This document shows, one piece after another, positions 39,759-49,262 of a stretch of 64,000 bases of DNA. The first letter of the stretch is position 1. Every line of letters begins with the position of its first letter. The DNA is from Candidatus Delongbacteria bacterium. GTDB taxonomy: Bacteria > UBA4055. The position numbers were made by a program, and so were the translations under genes. The DNA is taken from assembly GCA_016938275.1 (NCBI GenBank), contig JAFGUZ010000169.1, positions 1,734 through 65,733 on the forward strand, read 5' to 3'. Below the pieces are notes generated by a model that was not told the origin of the DNA, ran no database searches, and was given only the letters and a program-made list of their open reading frames with translations.

Positions 39759-41005
39759 TATATTCTCACTTCTTCCACTGTTCCATTTTTACGAGATTTT
39801 TCTGATCTGAAAACCATGAGGTGACTCATCAGAGTTTCATCAGCACCAGTTAGAATTTTTGAACTGTCACCACTAGATACAGCTTCGATAAAGTTTTCCA
39901 TTATACCACTATCTCCACCACCATGACCAGATAGCTTGTCAATACCTTCTTGGGAATCAATTTTTTTAACAGAATTGTCTCTGAAATTTATGATTTTGAT
40001 ATATCTTCCATCGCCTCTTATCTCGCCATGTGTACCGAAAATAGTAGTTCTTCTAGCTGTATATTCATTGAAAGCAGTCATTGTAAAATTTACTGTAGAT
40101 CCATCATCGAATGACATAGCGACAACCTGATTATCTACAACATCATTATCACACTCATAAACACATCTTCCATAAGGTCCTTCCTCTAAAGCTTTATAAA
40201 CACCATCGTAGCTTATATCGTCAGTTAAAATTGACAGAGGCCAACCTTTTACACCCTTATCAAAAAATCCCAAATAGATCTTTTTTGCAGAATAAGGGCA
40301 ATCCTTTTCTATATTCTCCGGACACATTGTACATTTGTCTGCTGCACCAGCCGGCTTTTCACTCTTTTTAAAATGATAAAGAGAGCCAAATGAAGCAACT
40401 TTACTACATTTAGAAGGCATGATATAATTTATCCAGTCCAAATCATGACAAGATTTCGCTAAAAGCATGAAGGATGATTCTTCCTCATTTCTCCAGTTGC
40501 CTCTTACAAATGAGTGTGCCTGATGCCAATATCCAACAGGTTCAAGTCTTTGCATAGATACTATTTTGCCAATAATACCAGTGTTTAAAACTTCTTTTAA
40601 CTTCTTTGTGAATGGAGTATAACGCAAAACATGACAAACAGACAAAATTACTTTATTGTCTTTACAAGCTTGAACAATCCGTCTGCATTCTTCTTCAGAA
40701 GGAGCCATTGGTTTTTCAAGAAGGATATGATATTTTTTTTCTGCAAACTTAATTGCAGGCTCTGTGTGCATTTTATCCTGAGTTGCAATAATTACTGCAT
40801 CTGCATGTTTTTCTTTATCAGCCAAACCTTCCCAACTATAAAAACATTGTTCTTCATTAAGATTAAACATGTTTTTAATTAGGTTTCTCTGAAAATCTCT
40901 AGGCTCTGCGACTCCAACGATAACTGCTTTATCTGGATTGTTTTTTATATAATTTGCATAAATTTGCCCTCTGTCACCAGCACCAGCAAGTATAACTTTT
41001 ATCAT
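39758..41005 (-). CDS. Gfo/Idh/MocA-family NAD(P)-dependent oxidoreductase with a Cys-rich insertion
   Basis: N-terminal Rossmann MIKVILAGAGDRGQIYA…EKP; insertion CTMCPENIEKDCPYS…CVYECDND. It overlaps the start of the downstream nucleotidyltransferase by 1 nt. Confidence 0.7.
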   Translation of the reverse strand: MIKVILAGAGDRGQIYANYIKNNPDKAVIVGVAEPRDFQRNLIKNMFNLNEEQCFYSWEGLADKEKHADAVIIATQDKMHTEPAIKFAEKKYHILLEKPMAPSEEECRRIVQACKDNKVILSVCHVLRYTPFTKKLKEVLNTGIIGKIVSMQRLEPVGYWHQAHSFVRGNWRNEEESSFMLLAKSCHDLDWINYIMPSKCSKVASFGSLYHFKKSEKPAGAADKCTMCPENIEKDCPYSAKKIYLGFFDKGVKGWPLSILTDDISYDGVYKALEEGPYGRCVYECDNDVVDNQVVAMSFDDGSTVNFTMTAFNEYTARRTTIFGTHGEIRGDGRYIKIINFRDNSVKKIDSQEGIDKLSGHGGGDSGIMENFIEAVSSGDSSKILTGADETLMSHLMVFRSEKSRKNGTVEEVRI

Positions 41006-41106
41006 TTTTCTCCCCTGGAAATATTTGTTGTTTAAATAAAAAAACTTAATTGCTTCATAGCAAGTTAATTTTGATCATTTTTTTTGTATATTTATCAAAA
41101 AAAGCG

Positions 41107-41553
41107 ATGGAGTTTCGTATGGAATCAGGAAGGTTAGAAGAACTGTTGACCAATGCCAAGAATCAAGTTAAGAATGCTTTGAAGTTTATGATAAAAACTG
41201 ATTTCAGTAGTTATGCAGAAGGTCGGTATGAAGTAGATGAAAATATGTTTTTTATAGTAAATCAATATCAAACAAAAGAAACCGGACTACTTGAAGTGCA
41301 TAGAAAATATATTGATATACAATTTATGATTTCAGGAAGTGAAAAGATTGGTTTTGAAAAACTTAGAGATCAGGAAATTTCTCAAGTCTATAATACTGAA
41401 AGAGATATTGCATTTTTTTATGGCAATTTTGAGACACTAGTATTGACACCTGGTTTTGCAGCTATTTTTTATCCTGATGATCTTCACGCACCAGGTCTAA
41501 TAAATGAAAACAAGGAAAGTATAAAAAAAATTGTAATGAAAGTTAAAGTATAA
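41107..41553 (+). CDS. YhcH/YjgK/YiaL (DUF386) family protein
   Basis: Cupin-like DUF386 pattern (…YIDIQFMISGSEKIGF…FFYPDDLHAPG); start set at an internal Met because the ORF-track start adds a hydrophobic leader. Confidence 0.5.
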   Translation: MEFRMESGRLEELLTNAKNQVKNALKFMIKTDFSSYAEGRYEVDENMFFIVNQYQTKETGLLEVHRKYIDIQFMISGSEKIGFEKLRDQEISQVYNTERDIAFFYGNFETLVLTPGFAAIFYPDDLHAPGLINENKESIKKIVMKVKV

Positions 41554-42045
41554 GTAGGATTGAACTAAAGATTATTTGTTGACAACTCAAAAGTATAAAC
41601 TTTTGAAACTATGATAAATCTACTAATCTCATTATTTTTTCTCTTGCTTTTAGAAATAGTTTTAATATGTTACACTTAAATAAACTACGGAGGTTCTGAT
41701 GATTGTATCTGTTTATAAACAAAATGGTTTTGTTAAATAACCACTATCCCAAGTTTAATTTTTTATTCTGATTTGTTGGTGTTTTAGCAAAATCAAATTA
41801 TCAATATCACATATTCTGTAAGATTTAAATATCTTTTGGCTGTGTTTTATATAAGCAAAATTTCATAAATGTTGAATTTTGTTCGCAATTGTAAAATGCA
41901 ATTTTCTAAGTAGTTAAACTATTCGCAGGTGTGATATTGCTGCTCTAGGTGATCATAGTTAACCACACTATGAAACAGTTAATTAAATCGATGGGGGAGA
42001 TGATGATTGTAATAGAAAAGTTGTGCAAGGAATTGTGGAGTTAAG

Positions 42046-43248
42046 TTGGTTTTTAAAATCAGCTTGTCTCCAAGGTTAAAAAAAATGGAGACACAAATGA
42101 CAACATTGAAAAATTATGGTTGGGATGATTTTTTTGAAGTTAACTTTAAAAATAATGGTTATTTGGAATTTGGGTATCAACCAGCAAGAATAACTAAGGA
42201 AACAAAAAATCTATATTTTATTATGACTAAAGATGGAGAAGCTAAGGCTATTAATTCAAATAAATTCTTTTTGAGTACTTTCTCAAGAGATCAATTACCT
42301 GTAGTAGGGGACTGGGTGGTAGTCCACAAGCCTGTTAATAATGAAAATTATTTTATTGAAGGAGTTCTTGAAAGGAGAACCAGACTTGTAAGAAAAGGTA
42401 AAGATACATTTGGAAGAAATTTTGTGAAAGCAGGAGATAGTAGTGTTAGTGTCATTTCTGCAAATATTGACACTGTATTTTACGTTGCATCTTTGGATTA
42501 TAGAGATTTTAATCTATCAAAAATTGAAAGATACATTCTTATGCTCCATGATAGCGGAGCTAAACCTGTACTAATTCTGAACAAAAAAGATATTTGTCCC
42601 GATTATTTAGATTATATCGAAAAACTTAAGAAAATTTCTGGAGATATACCGATACATGCGGTAAGTGCAGTCGATTTCGATGGAATTGAAGAGCTTTTGG
42701 ATTATATATCTGAAGGAAAAACGGTATCATTTATTGGATCTTCGGGAGTTGGAAAATCATCAATTGTCAATGCTCTTATGGGCGAGGATAAGATGTATGT
42801 AAGCAGAATACGAGAGGCTGACAAAAGAGGTCGTCACACAACTACACATAGAGAAATGATTTTGTTTCCAGAAGGTGGAGTTTTGATTGATAATCCCGGA
42901 ATTAGAGATTTAAAACCTGTTTCATCGTCCGATGCATTAGATGCGACTTTTGAAGATATTACTGATTTAGAAAGTCAATGCAGATTCAGTGATTGTAAGC
43001 ATAATAACGAACCTGGATGTGCAATCATTAAAGCTCTGGAATCAGGAGAATTATCCGTAAAAAGATATGAGAATTATCTAACATTAAAACGAGAAGCTGA
43101 TTTTTTTGAAAGGAGAGCAAAAATGAGAGAACATTTTTTAGAGAAAGCTGCTGTAAATGAAAAAAAAGGAGGTAAAAAGATTAAAAACCATATGAAGGGA
43201 AGAAAGAAAAGAGATAAATATTTTGATTCAACTGAATATAGTCTCTAG
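42046..43248 (+). CDS. rsgA: Ribosome small-subunit-dependent GTPase A (RsgA/YjeQ)
   Basis: Circularly permuted GTPase order (NKKD…GSSGVGKSSIVNAL…DNPG) and zinc-finger CRFSDCKHNNEPGCAI; the true start may be an internal Met (METQ… or MTTL…). Confidence 0.8.
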   Translation: MVFKISLSPRLKKMETQMTTLKNYGWDDFFEVNFKNNGYLEFGYQPARITKETKNLYFIMTKDGEAKAINSNKFFLSTFSRDQLPVVGDWVVVHKPVNNENYFIEGVLERRTRLVRKGKDTFGRNFVKAGDSSVSVISANIDTVFYVASLDYRDFNLSKIERYILMLHDSGAKPVLILNKKDICPDYLDYIEKLKKISGDIPIHAVSAVDFDGIEELLDYISEGKTVSFIGSSGVGKSSIVNALMGEDKMYVSRIREADKRGRHTTTHREMILFPEGGVLIDNPGIRDLKPVSSSDALDATFEDITDLESQCRFSDCKHNNEPGCAIIKALESGELSVKRYENYLTLKREADFFERRAKMREHFLEKAAVNEKKGGKKIKNHMKGRKKRDKYFDSTEYSL

Positions 43249-43260
43249 TTATTATTGAAT

Positions 43261-43285
43261 TGGGAGTAAACTACTCCCTTTTCTT
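43261..43285 (+). terminator. Rho-independent terminator after rsgA
   Basis: GGGAGTA-AAC-TACTCCC followed by TTTTCTTT. Confidence 0.6.
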
Positions 43286-43498
43286 TGCACAATTTTAACT
43301 TACTCAAGGAGTTGAGGAGTAAATGAGTGAAGACAAAGAAATAGTAATGACTGCCAATTTTTAAAAACTCTGTTCCCTTCATTTTCAAATTTCAATCAAA
43401 TAAATCATAAAACCCTCAACAACATTTCCTCTTGAATTTAACTGTAAAATATAGTATCCTTTCAATAATGTATATCGTCAATTTGGAGATTATAAATT

Positions 43499-44404
43499 AT
43501 GACACAACGAAAACTTATAAGCTTTGACTGGGCAATGAAAAAAATGCTGAGGAGTAAAGCCAATTTCGATATTCTTGAAGGGTTCTTATCTGAACTTTTA
43601 TCAGACGATATAAAAATTTTAGAAATACTAGAAAGTGAAAGTAATAAATCTTATGATAATGACAAGTTTAATAGAGTTGATCTATTAGTAAAAAGTAAAG
43701 ATGATAGTATTATAATAATTGAACTTCAATATGATTATGAATATGATTTTATGCTCAGAATGCTTTATGGAACAAGTAAAATTGTAACAGAGCATATGAA
43801 ACAAGGTGCTCCGTATTCAGAAGTAAAAAAGGTAATATCTATAAATATTGTTTACTTTGATCTGGGACAAGGCAAGGATTATGTTTACAAAGGAACAACC
43901 AATTTTATTGGTCTCCACGAAAAAGACGAATTACAATTAAGCCAAATTCAAAAGGATAAACTAAAGAGAGAATCTATTTATCAACTATATCCTGAATATT
44001 ATCTTTTGAAAATCAATAATTTTAATGACTTTGCAAAAAATACACTAGATGAGTGGATCTACTTTCTGAAAAATGAAGAGATAAAGCCAGAATTTAAAGC
44101 TAAAGGTTTAAAAGAAGCTAAAGATAAATTGGATATTATGAAACTATCTGGTAGCGATTTGCAATCATACAATAGACATAGAGAAAATTTACATTATGCT
44201 GCTAGTATGGCTGAATCTGTTAAGATTGAAGCAGAAGAGAAGATTTGGAAAAAAGGATTAGTTGAAGGCGAGAAATTAGGTCTTGAAAAAGGTGAGAAGT
44301 TAAAAGCTATTAAAATTGCTAAAAACTGTCTAGAAAAAAAGATGGATTATGATACCATTTCTTTTTTAACTGGTTTGTCTGTAGAAGAGATAAGAGGATT
44401 GTGA
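43499..44404 (+). CDS. Rpn-family recombination-promoting nuclease / putative transposase (PD-(D/E)XK, YhgA-like)
   Basis: RVDLLVKSKDDSIIIIELQYDYE nuclease core; C-terminal EGEKLGLEKGEKLKAIKIAKNCLEKKMDYDTISFLTGLSVEEIRGL repeat tail is characteristic of the family. Confidence 0.7.
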   Translation: MTQRKLISFDWAMKKMLRSKANFDILEGFLSELLSDDIKILEILESESNKSYDNDKFNRVDLLVKSKDDSIIIIELQYDYEYDFMLRMLYGTSKIVTEHMKQGAPYSEVKKVISINIVYFDLGQGKDYVYKGTTNFIGLHEKDELQLSQIQKDKLKRESIYQLYPEYYLLKINNFNDFAKNTLDEWIYFLKNEEIKPEFKAKGLKEAKDKLDIMKLSGSDLQSYNRHRENLHYAASMAESVKIEAEEKIWKKGLVEGEKLGLEKGEKLKAIKIAKNCLEKKMDYDTISFLTGLSVEEIRGL

Positions 44405-44415
44405 AGAGTCTGTAG

Positions 44416-44450
44416 AGGCGTTATTTATAACGCCTTATCCATTTTAATTT
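44416..44450 (+). terminator. Possible terminator
   Basis: AGGCGTTAT-TT-ATAACGCCT hairpin followed by an interrupted T-rich tail. Confidence 0.4.
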
Positions 44451-45313
44451 TAATTGCCCTGTCATCTTGAACGAAGAAAGAGATCTTTTTTAGCCTCGAA
44501 TTACACGAATGAAATACCAGAATACAATATTCTATAGAAGGACGTTTAGACATGGATAATCTCACAATTCTGTAAATCATGGTTCAAATGATCCAGATGT
44601 CAGACACCTTTGAGGTGGCAGACATCTAAACTCTCGCGATGCCTGAAAGGCACAAAATGATTATAGCTTTGAAAGAAGCAAATGAAACAGAATATTAGCT
44701 GATGTTGTTAAGATATAGTGAATCCATAGATTTAAAAAGCTATGATTCCATTTATCCTGAAGCTGAATCACTAATAAAACTTTTAGTAAGTATAGTAAAT
44801 ACTACGAAAGTAAAATTACAATCTTAACATTTTCCATTTTCAATTAGATAAGTAGACATTAACGAGAAAATTAAGCTGACTGGCTTTTACATGGAACTAT
44901 AAAAAAGACTATTGAAGAGGAACTTAGGTTCGATTTGAATGATAAAATTGAAGAATTTAAACTCATTGCTGAAAACTGTGTGAACAATCCTGATCTTGGT
45001 AAAGGTCTTTCTATGTACGGGAAAATTGATAGATTACGATTTGATAACTTCTATATCGATAGTGATAGAATTACGCTGTATATTTATGCCAACGGTCATT
45101 CTGGTATTATGATGAAATAGTTTTTAAGATTTTATTAATTAGGTGAAGTAGATATACTCTTAATATTAACTGTTATAAGAAATTATTTTAGGAGATTTGT
45201 TAACAAATATTGTATATTTTTAAATAATTTAAAAAAATATTGCGAGATCATTTTTCTGTTTATATAATGTTTATGTTATCAAGTTGAAATAGCAATGTGT
45301 ACAAAAGTTAACT

Positions 45314-45724
45314 TTGTATTCAAAGCGGAATGGAGCATACATAAAAAAGCTAATTGTAATTTTTAATCATGGAAAACTTACTGAAGATCAAGCGTATTAT
45401 GCTTATGATGTATTGAAGATTGGTGAGATTATTTATATGAATGAAGAGTTGAAAAGTATTTGGTCAGAAATTGATCCTTTTGAAGATGTAGTAAATGTTG
45501 AGAAAATTGAAGAATTCCTTTTAAAATCTAGTAAACCGTACGACTATGTATTAGTTCAAGGAGAGTTTGGAGCTACATTCAAAACTGTGAACTTTTGCCT
45601 AGAAAATGAAAGAATAGCAATCTATGCAACAACCGAAAGAGTCAGTAGGGAAATGAGAAATGATGATGGAAGCGTTTCAAAGACAAGTGAATTTAAGTTT
45701 GTTAGGTTTAGGGAGTATGGGTAA
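45314..45724 (+). CDS. Hypothetical protein (136 aa)
   Basis: ORF only, in an island-like region; no recognisable motif. Confidence 0.3.
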   Translation: MYSKRNGAYIKKLIVIFNHGKLTEDQAYYAYDVLKIGEIIYMNEELKSIWSEIDPFEDVVNVEKIEEFLLKSSKPYDYVLVQGEFGATFKTVNFCLENERIAIYATTERVSREMRNDDGSVSKTSEFKFVRFREYG

Positions 45725-45812
45725 TAGGAATTAATTAAAAGTTGAAAAACGTATATCTTAACAAAAATCAAATAGTGAAATCAATAGTTCTTGCAAAAGG
45801 GTAAATTACAAT

Positions 45813-47186
45813 ATGACATTAGACGAGATAAAAAGGTTTATAGAACTGGGTGAAGGTTTTCATCTTGAGTTGAAAGAATCATTAGATAAAAATTTAATAG
45901 AAGAAGTTTGTGCTTTTGCTAATTCCAGTGGCGGAAAAATTATACTCGGAGTTACAGATAAAGGTATTATAAAAGGAATCAATACAGATAATGCCACTCG
46001 TTCAAAAGTACAAGATATGTTACAACAGCTTGAACCTTCTTTACCTATTATAATCAGTGTGCTTGAAAATTTAATAATAATTGATGTACCTCAGGGAACA
46101 GAAAAACCTTATGGTTGTTCAAGAGGATTTTTTTTAAGAATTGGTCCAAATAGTCAAAAATTATCAAGAAATGAAATCGTTAGTTTTTTTGAAAAAGAAG
46201 GTCGAATTCGTTTTGATGAATTAGAAAACAGAAAAGCTGATTTCAGTAATGACTTTGACGAGAATGCATATAAGAAATTTATTCAACTTGCTAATATAAC
46301 GCCGTCTATTGAAAAAACATATCTTTTAAAAAACCTTGACTGCTTAAATGAGAATAGTAAACTGACTAATGCTGGAGTACTCTTTTTTACAAAATCAACT
46401 GATTTCTTAATAAATCATGCAACTGTTGTATGTGTTTTATATAAAGGAAATGAAAAACTTCATATCTTAGATAAGAAAGATTTTAAATCCAGCATCATTG
46501 AAAATATTGAAAACGCTGTTCTTTTTGTACAAAGACATACAAATCTTGCCTATAAAATAGAGCATTTACAAAGAGAAGAAATACCGGAAATACCAGAACT
46601 AGCTTTAAGAGAATCTATTATTAATGCTGTTTGCCATCGAGATTACTTCCAAAAAGGCTCTAATGTTATGATTGAAATATTTGATGATAGAGTTGAGATA
46701 TCAAATCCTGGAGGAATACCTTCTGAATTAGATCCGGCTGATTTTGGCACTAAAAGTGTAGCTCGGAATCCTGTTATCGCTTCATTATTACATCGAGTTG
46801 ATTATATTGAGAAAATAGGTAGTGGAATAAACAGGATAAAAAATTCTGTCAGTGATCAAAACAGTTGTACAGTTGAGTTTAAGCTTACTGGCTTTTTTAC
46901 AGTAACTTTTAAAAGAGTAGATATGATTATGAGCAGTAAAACTTCGGAGAAAACTTCGGAGAAAACTTCGGAGAAAACTTCGGAGAAAACTTCGGAGAAA
47001 ACTTCGGAGAAAATATTAAATTTGTTAAAAGAAAACTCAACAATTACTATTCAGGATTTAGCAAATTTACTCAATAAATCTACAAGGGCTGTAGAGATGC
47101 AGATTAGCAAACTAAAGTCTGAGAATAAAATTTTAAGAATTGGTGCCGATAAAGGTGGATACTGGGAAGTTGTCGAAAAAGAATGA
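45813..47186 (+). CDS. AlbA_2 (Schlafen-like) + HATPase_c_4 putative transcriptional regulator with an internal SEKT x6 repeat and a C-terminal wHTH
   Basis: N-terminal FHLELKESLD…AFANSSGGKIILGV (AlbA_2); ALRESIINAVCHRDY…GSNVMIEIFDDRVEISNPGG (HATPase_c_4); C-terminal TIQDLANLLNKSTRAVEMQISKL. Confidence 0.6.
   Translation: MTLDEIKRFIELGEGFHLELKESLDKNLIEEVCAFANSSGGKIILGVTDKGIIKGINTDNATRSKVQDMLQQLEPSLPIIISVLENLIIIDVPQGTEKPYGCSRGFFLRIGPNSQKLSRNEIVSFFEKEGRIRFDELENRKADFSNDFDENAYKKFIQLANITPSIEKTYLLKNLDCLNENSKLTNAGVLFFTKSTDFLINHATVVCVLYKGNEKLHILDKKDFKSSIIENIENAVLFVQRHTNLAYKIEHLQREEIPEIPELALRESIINAVCHRDYFQKGSNVMIEIFDDRVEISNPGGIPSELDPADFGTKSVARNPVIASLLHRVDYIEKIGSGINRIKNSVSDQNSCTVEFKLTGFFTVTFKRVDMIMSSKTSEKTSEKTSEKTSEKTSEKTSEKILNLLKENSTITIQDLANLLNKSTRAVEMQISKLKSENKILRIGADKGGYWEVVEKE
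46941..47012 (+). repeat. Perfect 12-nt tandem repeat (ACTTCGGAGAAA) x6, encoding (TSEK)6
   Basis: Six identical in-frame units within the linker of the 45813..47186 gene. Confidence 0.9.
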
Positions 47187-47413
47187 ATCCGGACGGTATA
47201 TGCTACAAGAAGGTTAGTTGGAAGAAATTAAAAAGAAGCAAAACAATAAAGGGGTTATAGGAATATGAACGACAATATACTGGTGCTGAATTTCAGCAGT
47301 TGAATGGTTAAATGACTAGAATACTTTCTTAAATGGAACCGATTTTGATTGAACTTTTAGAAAAATTCAGGTTTTTATATTTACCTTTTTTAGCAAAAGA
47401 GATAATCATGTCT

Positions 47414-47432
47414 CTAGCGATGAAGTCGCTGG
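47414..47432 (+). repeat. Hairpin repeat copy C (CTAGCGATGAAGTCGCTGG) plus a T-run
   Basis: 17 of 19 positions identical to the hairpins at 29752 and 63635. Confidence 0.5.
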
Positions 47433-47536
47433 ATGGATTTTTTTCATAGCTATTCTACTTAGTATGTATTCCTGCCTATGAAATAGTGAATTATATAAAA
47501 CAATTCAAAATTTGATAAGCTTAGAATTCTCAGAAG

Positions 47537-49258
47537 CTAATTTGTTCCTTTTTTTAAAAGAAATTTATTACCAGAATAGTGAAAACTACATGGATTTTTG
47601 ATAAGAATCTTATATCCTTTTCCTGGTTGCATTTCATTGAGAGAATGATAATTCCATAACGGAACATTCAAATATCCTTCAATCGATTTAACAGCATAAA
47701 TATTATTCAGAATATCAGATAAAACCTCGTCTACAGTAATTGAAGTATTCTTATAATAAGGTAAAAAATTCCACCCGATTTCTAGATCGATAATTTCAAC
47801 TTCTGGATTAATAATATTCCCTTGTAAAGTTAAATTTACACTTTCTGTAGTTTTAACAAAGAAACAATCATCAAAATCCCATTGCATCTGAGATCTATTT
47901 TTCAATAATGGACTGTAAATATTTCCCAATTCATCTTTAACGAGAATTACACTATTGTTAATCTCTGAAAAAATTTGATCAATATTTGACTGTATCGGAT
48001 TTATATATGAAGAAATAAGATTCCAACCTTTTTCTAATGAAATTGTTTGTGAACCTCCAATAACTTCGATGTTAAAGATATGATGAATCTGAGCAAAACC
48101 ATCTGAAAAAGTTAGATTAATTTCATAATCACCAATATCACTCACTTGAGGAGTTCCAGATAATTTTTTAGTAGTATTATCATATACCATCCAACTTGGT
48201 ATTGTCGCATTAGTAGTTTCAATATTATCACCATCTATGTCTTGAATTGCTATATCGTAGAGATATTCAGTTCCAATTAAAGCAATAGTTTCAGGGCTTG
48301 ATGCTATTTCAGGTGATTTATTACCAAATGACCCTGTCAAAATAAAATTATTACCAAAGTTAGAACTATTAAAGTTAAGTAAATTATTGTTTATGTTAAC
48401 TTGATTTATAGTTTCAAGTGTATCTACAGCATAAAATGAATTATACATATGATTTTCTGCTCCATTTAGGTCAGAATCTAAATATGAACAGTTAAAACTA
48501 CATTCATAACCGGAAATACCATTCATTTTAATAGACCAGTACCTATTGATGGAGGAGCTAGCTGAACTTAAAGAAAATTTTTCACTCTTAAGTGATACTT
48601 CTACACTACTTTTATTAAAAACACCTGATGAAAAATTCAGCGTAATTGGAGTTATATTATCTCCATCAGCTATAGTATTAATTGGAAATGTAAAAATTCC
48701 TGAACTATTATAATCTTTTAATACGCTACCGCCATCTTCAATAGTTATGTATCCATTATCCCTTAAAACATCAACTCCCTCAGCAAAATAAACACTATTA
48801 CTTCCTGTTCTAATTTTACTATCGTTTAGAAAAAGTGAATTTTCAATTCTTATGGGAATATTCAAACATATACCAAAAGGATTATTTAGCTCGAGTTTAT
48901 TAAATGTTATAGAGTAAACTCCAGATAAAGTTTGAATACTTAAACCATTAAATAATGTTTTACCTCTAGAATTGTAATGAATTGGGTTAGCTGAGTTGTT
49001 TTGACTAATAAAATCTCCGGTAAGACTAAAAACTGCGTTTTCAAAAATATTTACAGCACCATATCCGAAACTTTTATAATCTCCATCAACAGTAAAAAAA
49101 GTACCATTTTCAACAACTATATAAGCACGATCATTACTTACAATCACTTTATCATCATCTTTCGAGTCGTTAATCTCTATCTTATAGTCAGTACTATTAC
49201 TATGGACATGATAGGTAAAGAAAAATAAAACTATTAGAATTATAATATTTTTTTTCAT
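47537..49258 (-). CDS. Secreted protein with a cadherin-like/putative Ig (He_PIG-like) domain
   Basis: Signal peptide; …IPSWMVYDNTTKKLSGTPQVSDIGDYEINLTFSDG… matches the He_PIG pattern. Confidence 0.45.
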   Translation of the reverse strand: MKKNIIILIVLFFFTYHVHSNSTDYKIEINDSKDDDKVIVSNDRAYIVVENGTFFTVDGDYKSFGYGAVNIFENAVFSLTGDFISQNNSANPIHYNSRGKTLFNGLSIQTLSGVYSITFNKLELNNPFGICLNIPIRIENSLFLNDSKIRTGSNSVYFAEGVDVLRDNGYITIEDGGSVLKDYNSSGIFTFPINTIADGDNITPITLNFSSGVFNKSSVEVSLKSEKFSLSSASSSINRYWSIKMNGISGYECSFNCSYLDSDLNGAENHMYNSFYAVDTLETINQVNINNNLLNFNSSNFGNNFILTGSFGNKSPEIASSPETIALIGTEYLYDIAIQDIDGDNIETTNATIPSWMVYDNTTKKLSGTPQVSDIGDYEINLTFSDGFAQIHHIFNIEVIGGSQTISLEKGWNLISSYINPIQSNIDQIFSEINNSVILVKDELGNIYSPLLKNRSQMQWDFDDCFFVKTTESVNLTLQGNIINPEVEIIDLEIGWNFLPYYKNTSITVDEVLSDILNNIYAVKSIEGYLNVPLWNYHSLNEMQPGKGYKILIKNPCSFHYSGNKFLLKKGTN

Positions 49259-49262
49259 CAGG

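Noticed and set aside
41560-42045. The 480-nt gene-free region upstream of rsgA as a possible ncRNA or tRNA-Sec
   Set aside because: No tRNA-like cloverleaf (no GTTCGAATC-type T-arm or acceptor pairing) and no conserved structure could be recognised by eye; it is probably a promoter or leader region.
46941-47012. Tandem 12-nt repeat considered as a possible CRISPR or VNTR array
   Set aside because: The units are contiguous with no spacers and lie in frame inside a CDS, encoding (TSEK)6; this is a coding microsatellite, not a CRISPR array.
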